From: Balanoglossus misakiensis
Taxonomy: Eukaryota; Animalia; Hemichordata
Length of the DNA: 64,000 nt
Direction: 5' to 3'
Assembly (NCBI GenBank): GCA_040954595.2
Contig: CM082586.2
Location: 8,711,337 to 8,775,336 of the forward strand
Positions 1 to 13,900 of this stretch are shown piece after piece. Below the pieces are notes generated by a model. It was given only the letters and a program-made list of their open reading frames with translations. It was not told the origin of the DNA and made no database searches. Numbering within the stretch: position 1 is the stretch's first letter; each line of letters opens with the position of its first letter. The position numbers and the translations under genes are program-made.

Positions 1-645
1 GTGACATAGGCCTATATGGAAATGCAATCTTCACGCACGTTTATGATTTCATGAACACGAGGAAAAAGTTCCAGTTTGCATCATGATGTCAATCGTACGC
101 GTGTTACTATTTATTTCTTGTTTTACAGTACTGAAAATACCGGAATGATAGAAGAAGTAGGCATGTACTGTGTCAAATATCTTTAGATATTTTACATGAA
201 ATTTTTGATCATACATGTACGAAAAAGACATTAAACGAGACATTAAACGTTGGAAATTGAAAGACGGCTGTAACCCATGCTTAACTGAGACTTGGCTTGA
301 TTTTGTTTTTTATTCCGACAAACTGTTCGGTTCTGACCACCCCGGCACTCAGCCAAGGCTGCTCTGGACGTTACTTCTAATAAGCATGCAGTTTGTGTTC
401 TCATATTCATAACTTCAATGAAATCTTTGTGAAAATGAATAGCTTATGTGCGTCAGCGTTACTTAAATAGAACGAAAAAAGCCATTTCTAGTTTTAAAAA
501 CTCATAAATTGAACCTTGGTAGAGTCTCATGAACGAACAATACCCATATCTGATAGAATTGTAACGCCATTTGGCCCATGGACTATTTGATTACGGTAGG
601 TCTATGACCTCAAGTGTATTACTGGGTGAAAGTGAATTTACTCAC

Positions 646-949
646 GGTTTGTTTTCAGCATAAACCCAAATGGTTCCATAGTCAGAACCAGAAGTGACTC
701 CAGGGACCGGTTCAGCAGTGAATGTTAAGGCGCCATTATTAGGTGTGCTTGCTGCAATAGTGTACACGTGATCCCATCGTGGTCCTTCAGGCCCGTCTTC
801 TCGATAAGCTACTACTACCACTCTTACCATAGTGGCGTTTATTTCATTGTCGTCCCATTCGATCTTCAATGGTCTCTCCGCGTATCTCCAGTCATCCGAA
901 CTACTATTGATTCGGCGCACATTGAAGTCGTCCAAACGATCGTAATTTT
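646..949 (-). CDS. SUSD2-like exon 3
   Basis: Acceptor tatgtAG at 951-950, donor GTgagt at 645; frame of ORF 642..983. Confidence 0.75.
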
Positions 950-3131
950 CTACATAAGGCAAAATAAAAAAAACCTTTTCCATTTATATGGTTTTCAAAA
1001 ATAGGGTTGGTAGGTAGGGATTTTTTTTTTGATTCTCTTTCCGTGACACACGGCAATGTATACAAATGTGGATACACCAACTAACAAATAACGAATGTCA
1101 GAAAACACACAAAAATCAACCGAAACACGAAAACTCATTTCATCCCATTGATATTTTCAAGGTTTGCACGAAAGATGACCACATAACAGATTTTAAGGCC
1201 AGAATAAACATGTGTGCTGTTCCGATTACCCGACCTACCCTTAGCTAACTTTTACCCGCCGAACCTAAACCTTTTAGAGCTTCGTAGACCCGGAAGTACA
1301 AATAACGATGCCAAATATACAAAATTTATGAAAATTACGCGAATCACGCAAGAACTATGACGTCATTCTTCTACACTACGGCGGCCAGAGAAATGTTTAA
1401 AAAATTGCAAAATAAAGAAATTTCCCATCCTACCTACCCTATTTTTGAAAACCATGTAATCGGAACAGCACATACTTTTTATTTGGCCTTGCCATCATCA
1501 TTATTAACAGTGTAATCATCATCAGCTGAAGTAATGAAAAATATCATAAACTTACGAATATAGAATTCCCCTTGTGTGTCTTCATACGTCAGGCCACCGT
1601 CGAGTGATACCACCAGTAAGGTCACACCAACCCCGAAGAACGGGGGTGTCACACACTGAATTTCATCTTCACTGACATAAACACCATCCACTGTTGGATA
1701 CTCGCCGAATTTACAAACAATGGCATCGCCACTGCCGAAAGTCAACCCACTGATAGATATAATCTCGCCACCTGTCATCGACCCAAATGTTGGATGTACA
1801 CTTAGACCTGGAAAATGTGCGACAGCATTATGAATAACTTTAACGTCACGGCGACGACAGTCAGATAATAAATCGTCACCCTATGCCAGTGTTGCGTATG
1901 TAACAATGAATTATCTTATAAGATGTGCTAGCTATGTCATATCTCAGAAACAGCTCAACCGAATTTGGTGACATTTTTACAGACCTATATTATATTTATC
2001 GCTCCATTAGCTGTAACTTTTCGCTGTGTTTTCAGCATTTTTGATTTGTGAGTCTACTGCAGTTTCTTTTTCATATCCCTGAAGCATGATGAAATGCCCA
2101 GTGTCCAGCCTATTAAATAACACACCCTATGTATACATAGTAAGCAATTTTATGGTGCAGACTGAATTCAAGTCGGGACTAGGGTTCATTTGTCAACGAT
2201 AACAACCGTCATGAAACAGATAATTGTTGACAAGCGAACTACTGGGTATACTAAACATGCCGATTGGAGTAGAACTAGAAATGGTATTTGGTACACAGAA
2301 CAAAAATACTGTAAATTAAACCAAACGTTGTCCCTTTAAAACCATTTTAAAGGTTTGAGGGAGAAGTTAATACGCTAATTTGCATGACAAAGAACAATAA
2401 TATCAATTGGACAACTTTGGTTGTAAAAAGCGATTTTTGGACCATGACAAACCGATGCAAATACCGTAATGGTGAGAATTTTAAAGGAAAGGGGATAGAT
2501 TTGAAGTATTTTATTGTGGTAAAAACATATTTGAAATTTTGCAGCTCCAGAGGCTATAAATAAATCCAACGTCAAATACCACCAGATAATGCTGCTGATG
2601 ATTAATGTTGAGGTTCATTTGTTCATCGATCGGGTTCTTGACTGATCGTGCACGGCTTATCACGATGCAACATTGAAGTGTTTATATTTCTCCGTAAACG
2701 TTTGCTCAGAGTTTGACAAGATTACCAGGCAGTATGATACACAATGGAAAATAAATACTACAATCATTTCAAAGGCGATATGACGTATGCCTGCCTAACG
2801 GCAACTTGAAGGGAGTCATAACAGCGAATCCACATACTTGTCGGATATTTTTTTGCAAAAATTCATGTGAAATCAAATCCCATTGATTATTGAAACAGCT
2901 ACATGTGCATTCAAATATCTATAGAACTATCACCCTAGCAAGTGGACTTCGAATAGGGGCTGTAAGTCCATAGTTTATTTTAAACCGTGACATAGGTAGA
3001 TAAAGACGTTTGTAGTTGGTAGCGATAAGAAAACTGTACTTACCAGATGACTCTACGCTGACACTGCCCTTCAACCACATTGCCAGAATGACTCCAAAAC
3101 ATTTGAAATACATTACCCCGCGATTTCTCAT
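646..3131 (-). CDS. SUSD2/mesh-like cell-surface protein, 5' part (signal peptide + IPT/TIG domain); exons 3044-3131, 1556-1807, 646-949; 3' end not resolved
   Basis: Exon 1 encodes the hydrophobic leader MRNRGVMYFKCFGVILAMWLKGSVSVESS. Exon 2 GLSVHPTFGSMTGGEIISISG...IVCKFG...GVYVSEDEIQCVTPP...VSLDGG is a classic IPT/TIG domain. Exon 3 (IEWD...VVAYRE...W..VYTIA...NNGALTF) resembles the post-TIG region of SUSD2. GT-AG sites with matching phases (1,1). Confidence 0.7.
1197..1488. mobile_element. Family-A MITE (GGCC termini, TIR core tgtgctgttccgattac; PIF/Harbinger-like)
   Basis: Same element at 7181-7467 (partial), 15620-15890, 17505-17789, 20671-20953, 39876-40162; fragment at ~958-1030. Confidence 0.8.
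1556..1807 (-). CDS. SUSD2-like exon 2 (IPT/TIG domain)
   Basis: Acceptor ttttccAG, donor GTaag; frame of ORF 1479..1778. Confidence 0.8.
3044..3131 (-). CDS. SUSD2-like exon 1 (signal peptide); ATG at 3131 or 3113
   Basis: Donor GTaagt at 3043; hydrophobic leader; phase 1 matches exon 2. Confidence 0.6.
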
Positions 3132-3705
3132 GGTTTGTCCGAATCTCTGGAAGTCCGACACTTATGCAGGTACTCTAGACTAGGGCGAAATTGGTCAGAA
3201 ATCCTTGCCTACTATGTACCTTAACCTGCCCGTCACTGAACTGCTGTGATTTGTAGGACTGAAATTTGCATACTACATGATTAGAAAATGTTCATGATTG
3301 TTCGGCCGATACTGGTCGTTCAGGTCAGAATAAATATCTTAGTGGGCGCACAACAAGTTTATTTGTAGGCCTATTGTATGAGAACATAGTAAAAACGGAA
3401 AATGTTTGCTATATTGACACAGACGGTAGACCTTTCCAAGTCTATGTAAAATATATTTTCCTAAGAGCTGTACTGTCGCGACACTTTTCGAGATATCGCC
3501 AATAACTTGGTCCCAGTCCATAACATCGCTCAAATCTTTCGGATCAATCGGTAGGCCTATATTTACAATTGTTCTTTGTGCTGTTAGGTCAGTTTACTTA
3601 CCGCGTTTATCAACACAGATAAGTTTAGTACGGGGCCTTGGTGAAAACAGTTACAACATGGCAGTGGAAACATGTTTTAAATGATATTTTAAAATGGCGA
3701 CCAAG

Positions 3706-4079
3706 AAGAAGAGATTTTAAGCCCGCAACCAGCAGCTCATGGGTAGCAACCCGCAGCCCGCAAAATAGCGCATCCGAATTGGGATGTACCGAATCTCAAG
3801 TTGATTACTTAACGGAAAGGAAGCTGTCCTGAAAGCAAAACGTTCACTGCAAGGATCGGACGAATACAAATACCCCGAGCTATAGGAAATGATCACAGGC
3901 TAAAAATGGAAAAATGGCAGAGTGATGCAGGAAGACGGTCGTAAAGAGTCTGAATAGGAGACTTGCAGTGAACGCTTTGCTTTCAGTACAGTTTTCTTTC
4001 CTTCAAGTAATCAACTTGAGATGCGGGCTACGGGTTGCTGCTCGTGAGCTGCTGGTTTCGGGCTTAAAATCTCTTCTTT
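3706..4079. mobile_element. Palindromic MITE with ~140-bp imperfect inverted arms in the SUSD2-like/DENND3 divergent intergenic region
   Basis: aagaagagattttaagcccgcaaccagcagctc...cactgcaag (3706-3853) is the imperfect reverse complement of cttgcagtg...gggcttaaaatctcttctt (3962-4079). Confidence 0.7.
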
Positions 4080-4149
4080 ATTAAAAATATATTGTTTTCC
4101 TGAAATAATTCACTGCACTGTATATGGCACACTTCCAGTAATGACTCAT

Positions 4150-4850
4150 CGAAAGACAAGCGAAAATAAATTATCACCGCTGGTGGCGTACTTTCGATGA
4201 TATTTCAAAATGGCGACCTCCGTAAACCACTGAACCTGTTCTGTGTTCTACTGGAGTGAAAACCCGCAACGGATTTTGTTCATTCGAGTTGCTATCCTAC
4301 CACAAAGTAACGGAAATCGTCAAAACAAAAATAGTATCCCACAGCAACGTGGCTTTAGCACAGACAAAGTCTGATAATTTCCCATCATGCTTTGGGAGAC
4401 TGAGTAGTGACCTTTGAACCACCGGGGCCGTCGTCCGCCGCACATCCGTATGACAAGTCGCAACTCTAACTCTTGGAGGAAAAGTTTATGCTGTGCAATG
4501 AATGTGCCTTCGTCGTCGCTAGAACTAGAGATCCCCTCGAAAGGAGCCGATCGGGGGTAGCAACGTTGTATGACCTTGCACGAACTTTAAAATCCGCGTC
4601 CAAAAACAACAACAACAACGTCATGCACATGTGATGTTGCTACAACTTCTTACACATGGGATCCGTCCAGCAAGCAGGCCAACCAGGAAAAGGAATGTGT
4701 TGTGAAGTAGAAAGACGCCTAACCACCTGCCATATTCTCGAAAGTACGGAACTAGTATATTATAAGAAGTAAATGCTGGTGTAACGCCCGTCTAGCGGCA
4801 CTTCAGTCTCAGACATTATTGAAGGGTATCGGCAGTGGAGTCAAGCAGAA
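4150..4850 (+). promoter_or_regulatory. Putative DENND3 promoter/5' leader (CpG-richer, YY1-type AAAATGGCG motif)
   Basis: caaaatggcgacc near 4206-4218 and aaaatggcga near 3690; CpG enrichment between two divergent genes. Confidence 0.35.
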
Positions 4851-4936
4851 TGCCTAAACTTCAGAATAGTTTGATAGATATGTGTGTGGTTGTGGGAATG
4901 GACGGTGACACAGGTCTTAAGCCAGCCCATGAACAG
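4850..4936 (+). CDS. DENND3: DENND3 exon 1
   Basis: MPKLQNSLIDMCVVVGMDGDTGLKPAHEQ, donor GTgagt. Confidence 0.85.
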
Positions 4937-7900
4937 GTGAGTACTGTTAATGTTTTTTACCTTGCTCTGCAGAGTTTCAGAGAGAGCTCGGATCAGAATT
5001 TAATAATGTCCTGCCGCAGATCTTACGCCAAACCTACTGACTTCTGGCATTATGACATATAAGATTGGAGGGCCATAGCAGCCGTTTATTACACCCGAGG
5101 GGCTGTGAGTTGCCAGAATCACATGCTATTTCGCGAGGCGGTAGGCCGAGGGAAATAGCATATTATTCTGGTAACTCACTGCCACGAGGGGGTAATAAAC
5201 GGCTGCTATGGCCCGAATATAGGCCAGGTCATAGGTGTTTTATAATAACCTCATGCTAACACCGTTATGTGACCGGTTTATTTTTTTTCTGCTATTTCCC
5301 TCTGGATTCATAGTCGATTTTATAATATAACTCATGCTAATACTGTGCCGTGATTCGCCAGAATCCGTCACGTGATAGGAAAATAGAATCGACTATGAAT
5401 CCCTAGGGAAATAGCAGAAAAAATATACCGGTCACGTGACCAACGTCGCGTTGTCTGACACAATGGCCACCTCTGAAGATGTCGTCTGCCAACCTCAAGT
5501 GAAAATTGCAAGATTTTCCAAACTGTTAGCCTACGGCCTCGGGAAATAGCATATGATTCTGGTAACTCACAGCCCCTCGGGTGTAATAAACGGCCGCTAT
5601 GGCCCTCATGGCCAGGCAATAGGTGTTCAATATTTTACTATCACGTGACGGATTCTGGCGAATCACAACACAGTATTAGCATGAGGTATATTATAATTAA
5701 TAATAGCTGCACTTCAGTAGCTTGAGGTTTTGCCTTGTGTGTTGGCTTTGTCGTCCAACACACAAACAAGGCAAAACCTCGAGCTACTTAACTGCAGCTA
5801 ATTTATTGAAAGGTTGCATCGACATGCCATATGATTCATAGAGCTACAATGCTTAGAAGCTCCATGGTTCAAGGTTGCATGCAGCAATCAGTGTAACTGT
5901 AATCAACCCAAGGGGTGTGTGGAGACTTTGACTCTAGACACAAGGAGCTCTTCTAATGTCCATATTGAGTGCGTGTTGTTTGTTTGTTTACAAATATGGT
6001 CACATTTGTTTGTTTTTTTTGTTAGGATAGGTCCAATGGTTAGGGTTGAGGTCGGGGTCTCTTTGCCCAACAGCAGCACTCCATACATACATCAATCAAT
6101 CAATAAATCAAGCAAGCAAGCAAGCAATCAATCAATCAAAAGGACTTATAGAGCGCCAAACTCCACTGCAATAGTTTTCAATAGCGCTTTACAATGTCAA
6201 AAAAAACAATGTAAAGTTACTGTTAATAGGCTCTGTTAAACAGATAAAGTCTTGATGGGTTTCTTGAAACTGTGAAGGCTAGGTGACTGGCGTACTTCTA
6301 GTACTGGCCAAGGCAGGACTAACAAGCTATTTGATTGGTCCAATTTGAATTTCACTGACGTTGATTTTTGCCGTAAAAACCATGTATGTCACAGATTCCC
6401 AGTCACTATTTGGGATATATTCAGGTCATTTACTGTTGTTCTGTTGCGTGTGAAGGTTTTTCAGATCATTTTTTGGACATATTTCCCGTGTAATTGACCA
6501 AGGTTTTGGGTTCTTTTGGATGACAAATACCTCCCATGAAACTTACTAAAGTTGATCAAAAAACAGACACTTGTCACGAGTGAAAACAATAACGTCATGT
6601 CTGCAGATGATGGTATTGTATATGTTATCCTTCGGAGCATCAATGTTGGAATGTCGTAATAATTTGTTGATGACAATGAAAGCATCATGGCTAAACCAGA
6701 CTTGGCTTTGCTGTAAGATTGATGATTGTGTCAGCTAGAAAATACAACATGGGGGCCCTATGATGTAATGGTCTGTGGAGATTGAACCCTGTAAATGGAA
6801 GCCCAGTGTCCTTTATTGATGCAATTTTTCTTCTTTTGCTTTTGACAGCCTTCATTTGATGTGCGAGGGCACCCCGACTCTTTGTACAGCACAGCTTTTG
6901 ATCCCCAGGTCCTCGCTGCCATATCAGGTGAAGTAGCTACATTCCCACAGTGTGGTGAAGTGCAGAACCTGGTAGAATCGGACCGTTTTCTTGATCCGCT
7001 CAAAGTCCATTTCAAGCGAGGGCCAAACAGACGACCCTCCAGGAGACTATCTCTGGTTCCACAGCTCAGTGTAGCTACAACATCTTCTGGACAGCAAACC
7101 GTTAGCCTGCCAATCAGCAATGAAGTCATTACTGGACTGGTACCGTTGTGTCTTCCAGGTAGGATCACTAATCTTCATTAGGCCAAAATAAAAAATATGT
7201 GCTGTTCCGATTACCCGACCTACCCTAATTTTAACCCGCCGACCTTAAACTTTTTAGAGCTTCGTAAACCCAGAAGTAAAAGTAATGATGTCAAATACAT
7301 CTATACAAAATTTATGAAAATTGAGCGAAATATGACAAAATCATGTGCATCACGCAAGAACTATGCCGTCATTCGTGTACACTACGGCGGCCAGAGAAAT
7401 AAAAAAAAAATTGCACCATAAAATTTTTTCCCTACCTACCATAGTACCTACCCTATTTTTGAAAACATTGATTTCTGTCTGCTAATTTGAGGAACTGGTT
7501 GGCCAATCAGTGAATCACTTCAATATTTTGCCTACAAGGAAGTAGCAGTGTAAAGACTGGGATGACTTGAATAACAACTTTGTAAATAAGAGAAAAACAT
7601 CCCTAGTGTCAAGTCGATTTGCATTTTCATTAAAATACCACTTTGTACTCACGGAACAATATCCAAAATATCAAAATATTGAGTTAAAGCACAATTAAAA
7701 ATAAAATTACTAACTGCAATTTGAGCACAATAGACAATGAATGCAATAATGTAAAATGTTCATCTGTCTTTATTTTGACACACACTGGACTGTATAAGTG
7801 TAACCAACTGATATAGACAATTCCATGTATTCACAGATGGCGGATTTGTCTTTCCATCTGATGGTGAAGTGCGGATTCATTCCTTAGTCTTGACGAATAT

Positions 7901-10900
7901 CACAGGCACCAAGTCATATGCAGTCTGTCTGACATATTACCGTTTCTTTAGTGCATCCAAGGTAAGCAAGGCTTAGGATTGCATCATGTAATGGTTATGT
8001 TGGGCTTGCAGGAAAGACAGTATGAGGAAAATGACTGTACTGTACTCTCATTGACTGAAAAGTAAATCTAAAGCTACATGTACGATTGCAATCAAGCAAC
8101 GTTTACTGACATTAGGCAGATAGTTATAAGTAACTCTTTACCAGCAGGTTTAACCCTAATGCTACTGGGTGTCATACCTGTTTAGAGTGTCAAGTCCCTT
8201 GCCACTTTTTCTTCTAAAACGTATTTGGACTGTCTTCGCATTGCTCTCATACGTACTTAGACACACTTGGCAGTCTGAGCCACCCAAAAAATGTACCAAA
8301 TCGCACTGGTTTGCATTGTATTGGTCTGAGGGTTTTGTATAGGCCCTACTGATCGATTAACACACACTTGGCAGTCTAACAGGCCTGGGTGCCAGGATTC
8401 TAGGCACCCTGGAAATCAAACCAGTTTCAACTGACTTGGCAGCGTTAGGATTAAACCACATACACAGACATGAGCATGTTCAGAACTTGTCAGGTTATTT
8501 TTTTTCAGTATCATGCAAGACTGAATTTTTTGTTCCACATTTTATTGCTCAGGACAGTGAAGACAGCTATGCACTGCGTCTAGAGACAGGTCATCATTCT
8601 CTCTTAGTGGATGGTAGACAATTTTGTTATGTTCCTACATGTGTGGTTGTTATGTCCAAACATCCATATTATACAGTGATGAAAGACTGCCTATCCAGGT
8701 AGGTTTGCGATTTTGTATTTGCATGTGAAAGTGGGTAATGCAGTGTACTACCATGTATTGCCACAACCACTGTCATGAAAAGCCTTTGTGTATAGGTGTT
8801 AATCACTTGGACAGTTAAAGTTACAAAGTCTCTCTCTCGTTGCCCTTTTTTCCATTAATTATGTTTGATACAATACACTATTTATGTTATTCTACGTGGA
8901 TATTTAGTGAATCAACATTCGACCACACACAACTTCTGTTTGTAGGATATGAGAGAAAAAATCTCGCCAAAATGAATAAATGGTTAAGACCAATTTTTCA
9001 TTTCGGCGAGTTTTTCACCCTTGTGTCTACAAGTGGGATGGAAGTTGTGTGTGGTCGAACGCTGATTCACTATATATCCACATGTAGAATAACATAAATA
9101 GTGTATTGTATCAAACATAAATAATGGAAAAAGGGTAATGAGAGATAAACTTTGTCCCTTTAACTGTCCAAGTGATTAACACCTATACACAAAGGCTTTT
9201 CATGTGTCGGATCAAACATAATTAATGAAAAAAAGGGCAGCGAGAGAGAGAGACTTTATCCCTTTAATACAGACAGTATTTCGATCGAACTTTGACTCTG
9301 TGACATCACATACACATACATGATTTTCTTGCCACAAAACCAAACTGTTATTTGGCCTTGTTAAAATTATTTTCCATCGTGAGAAAGTTACATTTCATTG
9401 TTGTGAACAAATTTCAGCTTATTACCTAAACTCCAGAATAATCCTGCAAAGTTTAATGACCAGATGAAGGAATTCACTAAACAGATCACCATGGTACCTG
9501 TTCCTCCACCTGGAAATCTTACCATAGTAAGTGAGTTGGTACTTTTGGATATTTTCTTATAAATCATTCGTTCAATCGGGCAACTTAATGATTGAGCAGG
9601 TAATATAGTATTAACTGCGTCATTTAAAAATATTTAAATGATAATAGCTACAATTCTGGACTAAGCAAAATGACCTCCAGTGTAAGTTTGATTTTCTTTT
9701 ACAGTTAAGTTTGCTGTGGGATGGGAAATGTCAATAGACTGTCTAGTGTTGATGTGTTTGTTTTTAGTCTTCATCACATTCATTCATCCATCCTTCCATG
9801 CATACATTTTGTACATACATACATACATACATACATACATACATACATACATACATACATACATACATACATACATACATGCATGCATTCCACAAGAGGT
9901 ATTAAGATGGATAATTTTACAATAGACAATCGTTTCGTTACTACATGTAGCTATGTGCCATATCATAATGTAATCTGGTTTAAAGAGATTTTAAATTTTC
10001 TTTTCTTTATCAGTCATTCCATATGAACCAACTGCCAGTGATCATCAGGCCACCAGAAGATCCAGGTCGCCCAGTCTGTGATATGTATTTACATTATCCA
10101 TTATTGTGCTTTAGCCTTGAGGAAGTCATTGAGATTATTACCTGCATCCTAACACAGCAAAGAATTGTTTTCATATCATGTGACTACAGTTTGTTGACCC
10201 CGGTCATGGAGGTAGGTCCACTGTGTTAGTGCACTATTTGAATAGGCAACTTCACAACTGTGGACTTTGCATCAAGCTATTTGATTCATAGTGCATTGTT
10301 GCTACAGAGAACAATGTTAAATGGGCATTAAAGGTATACAGTCATCTCCAATTTACGTACGCCCATATATGGCTGAAATGGAGTATTTGAGCGTTCTAAA
10401 GAACATATGGTGGCACTCTTTTTTTCGCGTGTGCCACCCACTGTAAATCTGTGATTGGCTAGATCTCAATTTGCCATGGTAACTATAGCTAATTTTCTAT
10501 AGGTGACCGTACACCTTTAATGGAGAGAGGTGTTATGCATAATACGGCCCTGTATGTATTCATATTCATATTCTGGAGTCAGTATTACATTGCTTTATGT
10601 TCTATTGAGCCATGGCTTGCATAGGTTAAAACAAGTTCTCATCATCCAATCACAATGATGTACTTGTGGCTATGTTGCACTGATATAGTAAAATAAATAA
10701 TTTTTATATGCTATAATTGCGATACAGTAAAGTATGTGATTATCTTTCATGTCAAAATCATTATTCTGATTTCTATTTCAGTGTTTCCTGATGTACATTC
10801 TACCTTTCAAATGGCAATATACATATGTACCAGTGTTATCCTATCAACTATTAGATTTAGTTGAAGCACCAGGAGTGTTTCTAATGGGGTGTCACTCTAG

Positions 10901-13900
10901 CTACAAAGAGCGGGTGGAACAAGTAAGTGTCTTATATCCACAACTAAATACCCTCGCTAGCTGTTATTGATGGGACAAAGTCTCTCGCTCGCTGCCCTTT
11001 ATTCAATTTGTTATGTTTGATTCAAGGCACTGTTTATGTTATTCTATATGTGGATATATAGTGAATCACCGTTTGACCACACACAACTTCTATCCCGCTT
11101 GTAGACACGATAGTAAAAATTGCCAAAATGAATAATCGGTGTTTACCATTTATTCATTTTGGCGAGATTTTACTCTCATATCCTACAAATGGGATGGAAG
11201 TTGTGTGTGGTTGAACGTTCATTCACTACATATCCACATGTACATTAACATAAACGGTGTCTTGAATTGTATCAAACATAATTAATGGAAAAGGGGCAGC
11301 GAGAGAGAGACTTTGAAATTGTCCCTTTAATGAACACAAATATACACACACACAGAAAACCGAAAATGATGACTGCGTTATTGAGATGCAGTATGGTATT
11401 AGATCACTCTTTATTCTATGTGTATATCTTCTGTCTGACATTAACTATCACAAATACCCTGAGCATCTGTCAAAAATTCAACACCTGCAGAGTAATATGC
11501 TGTGATTTGTGTTATATCTCGTGGTATACCAAACCTTAATTAAAGGGACAAAGTCTCTCTCTCCCTGCCCTTTATTCAATTTGTTATGTTTGATACAAGG
11601 CACTGTTTATGTTATTCTATATGTGGATATATAGTGAATCACCGTTTGACCACACACAACTTCTATCCCACTTGTAGACACGATAGTGAAAAACTCGCCA
11701 AAATGAATAATTGGTGTCTACCATTTATTCATTTTGGCGAGATTCTTACTCTCATATCCTACAAATGGAATGGAAGTTGGGTGTGGTCGAGCGTTGATTC
11801 ACTATATACCCACATGTAGAATAAAATGAATGGTTTATTGTATCAAACATAATTAATGGAAAAAGGGCAGCCAGAGAGAGAGACTTTGTCCCTTTAACCT
11901 CTAATTATTATTGTTGTCCATACATCATTACATGGATATAGCAAATGGAGTTTATGCAATCAGAAAACAGCAGTAAAACTGCATTTATCAATGTGCCTTT
12001 AATCTTACTATTTTTTGAAGATTCCAGGTTTAGTTGTAGCCAATTTGGACACAGGCCAGGTGCAGAAATGTGAAACATTGGATATACCAATCATGCCAGA
12101 TTTTCCAGCTGAAGTGTTTGGCTATGGGTAGGTACTCACTTTATCTGAATGTATTATTTGCAAACTTTGTATTTATGATTTGTGACATAAAAGTGCTTGT
12201 GACAGGATAGCATTGTATTCTCTGGTCTGACTGCAATGGGGCAAACGCCATGAAGCTGATAAGGCACCATGTCTAATACATATTACATTTCTGGCAGATC
12301 TAAAGTATAAACATACCCGCAAAAACTTTTACTGGATGCCGAAATATTGCTTGCCCGTCATCTGGAAATGACAATGCCGTGGGTCACATCTCTGTGAGAT
12401 TAATAGATTCTCACACTCCCAAGGACCTGGGATCATATTTCGCACACGAGTTGGGGATTTTTCGTCCCACACAAGCTGCAGGCAAGTGTGGGACAGAATA
12501 TCACCGGCGAGTGTGAGAAATATGATCCCAGGTCCTTGGTGTGTGAGACTATATTTCTCACACAGCCACAATTAGCCAAATTCAAATTAAAATATTAAAT
12601 AAATGACTCTGAAACTGTCGTCTTGGCACATTGTATTCTCTGTCCTTGTGATACACATCATGCCATTGGATAACAGTTAGCGCATTAGCAAAAGAACGCT
12701 TTGTCAACCAATCAGTGCTCGCGTCATATACATGTATGGCTTTCGATTCAGAGAGAGTGTGGGATTGATTTGTTCTCACACTCTGATCCCACACTCCCAG
12801 CGTGCTAGGAGTGTGAGAATCTCTTAATCCTATCTATATTCCCCTTGTGTGAGTCCAGTTACACTGTTAGAAACAATTACTCATCCCGAACTCTTTTGTT
12901 TTGTGACAGATATTCCCGAGCAAAAAGACACTTTGATTTGCTGCTATTAGGCCATCCAACAGCACTCTCATTGGATCAATTATGTCACATGAAACACCAA
13001 TTCACATTGCAATGTCAGAAAGTACTCCGCAACTCTTGTTTAGAGTTAATGGTGATCTTGTTTGGGTGAGTACAATTAATTAGATATTCTGGGTAATATG
13101 TTATCATGTTATCATGACACGAAACTCTAGAATAGGCTACATCTTTCTATTAGAAACATTTTTAAATGAAAACAGTTTAAGCATGGGGATTTGGCGCTCT
13201 GTGCGTCTGCCTGTCAATTTGTCTCACATTCTATAGTATTGGTAAAGAGAATGTAGGACAATGAATTTGGCTTTTACAAATTCCTTTGTGATATACTGTT
13301 AAAGTCATTTTATAAGACGCGCCTTTTATGAGTGACAGTGTGTGCCAAAAAGGGGGTGCGACTGATAATACTGCCCGACTTATAAAATGACTTGAACCGT
13401 AATCAATAAGAACTTTGCTGGACTGCAATCAGTGTCCTTGATGCTATATTTGAGAGGATGCACTCCCTGGCTGACTGCCTTGCTTTAATGGGAAGCGGTT
13501 GTCGTGCATGCCGCGTGGGTGTCCCCCTTCATGATAATATGTCCTTCCATACCGGCACAAACCTCACTGCTGTCGCCATGACCTACTAGGATCTTCTGTT
13601 GCTGTCATGTCCAGTCTACGCTATGGTTGGCTGCTTCGTCCATTCTGAGAATTATCTAATTTCAGGGATTTGTGGATGAATTGTAATGTTTATGTATAAA
13701 GACAGACAGCCTCAGACAGGTCAGAGTTGTAGAGTGGCATTCAGGTACAGATGTTGAGGACTAATATGCAAATCATAAAGGGCCAACAAAATGAGGTCAA
13801 TGTCTTTTGAAATGCTTATTAACAGTCTTACATTAATAAACAAACAAACGTGGCTCATCAACCGCTTCCCTTTAAATGGGAGAGAGACAGAGATAATTAC

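Noticed and set aside
310-376. Possible terminal exon of the SUSD2-like gene (PSNVQSSLG*)
   Set aside because: Weak acceptor and no SUSD2-like motif; the gene more likely continues outside the window
9716-10026. ORFs with HTYI/MYVC repeats
   Set aside because: Translations of the (TACA)n microsatellite inside a DENND3 intron
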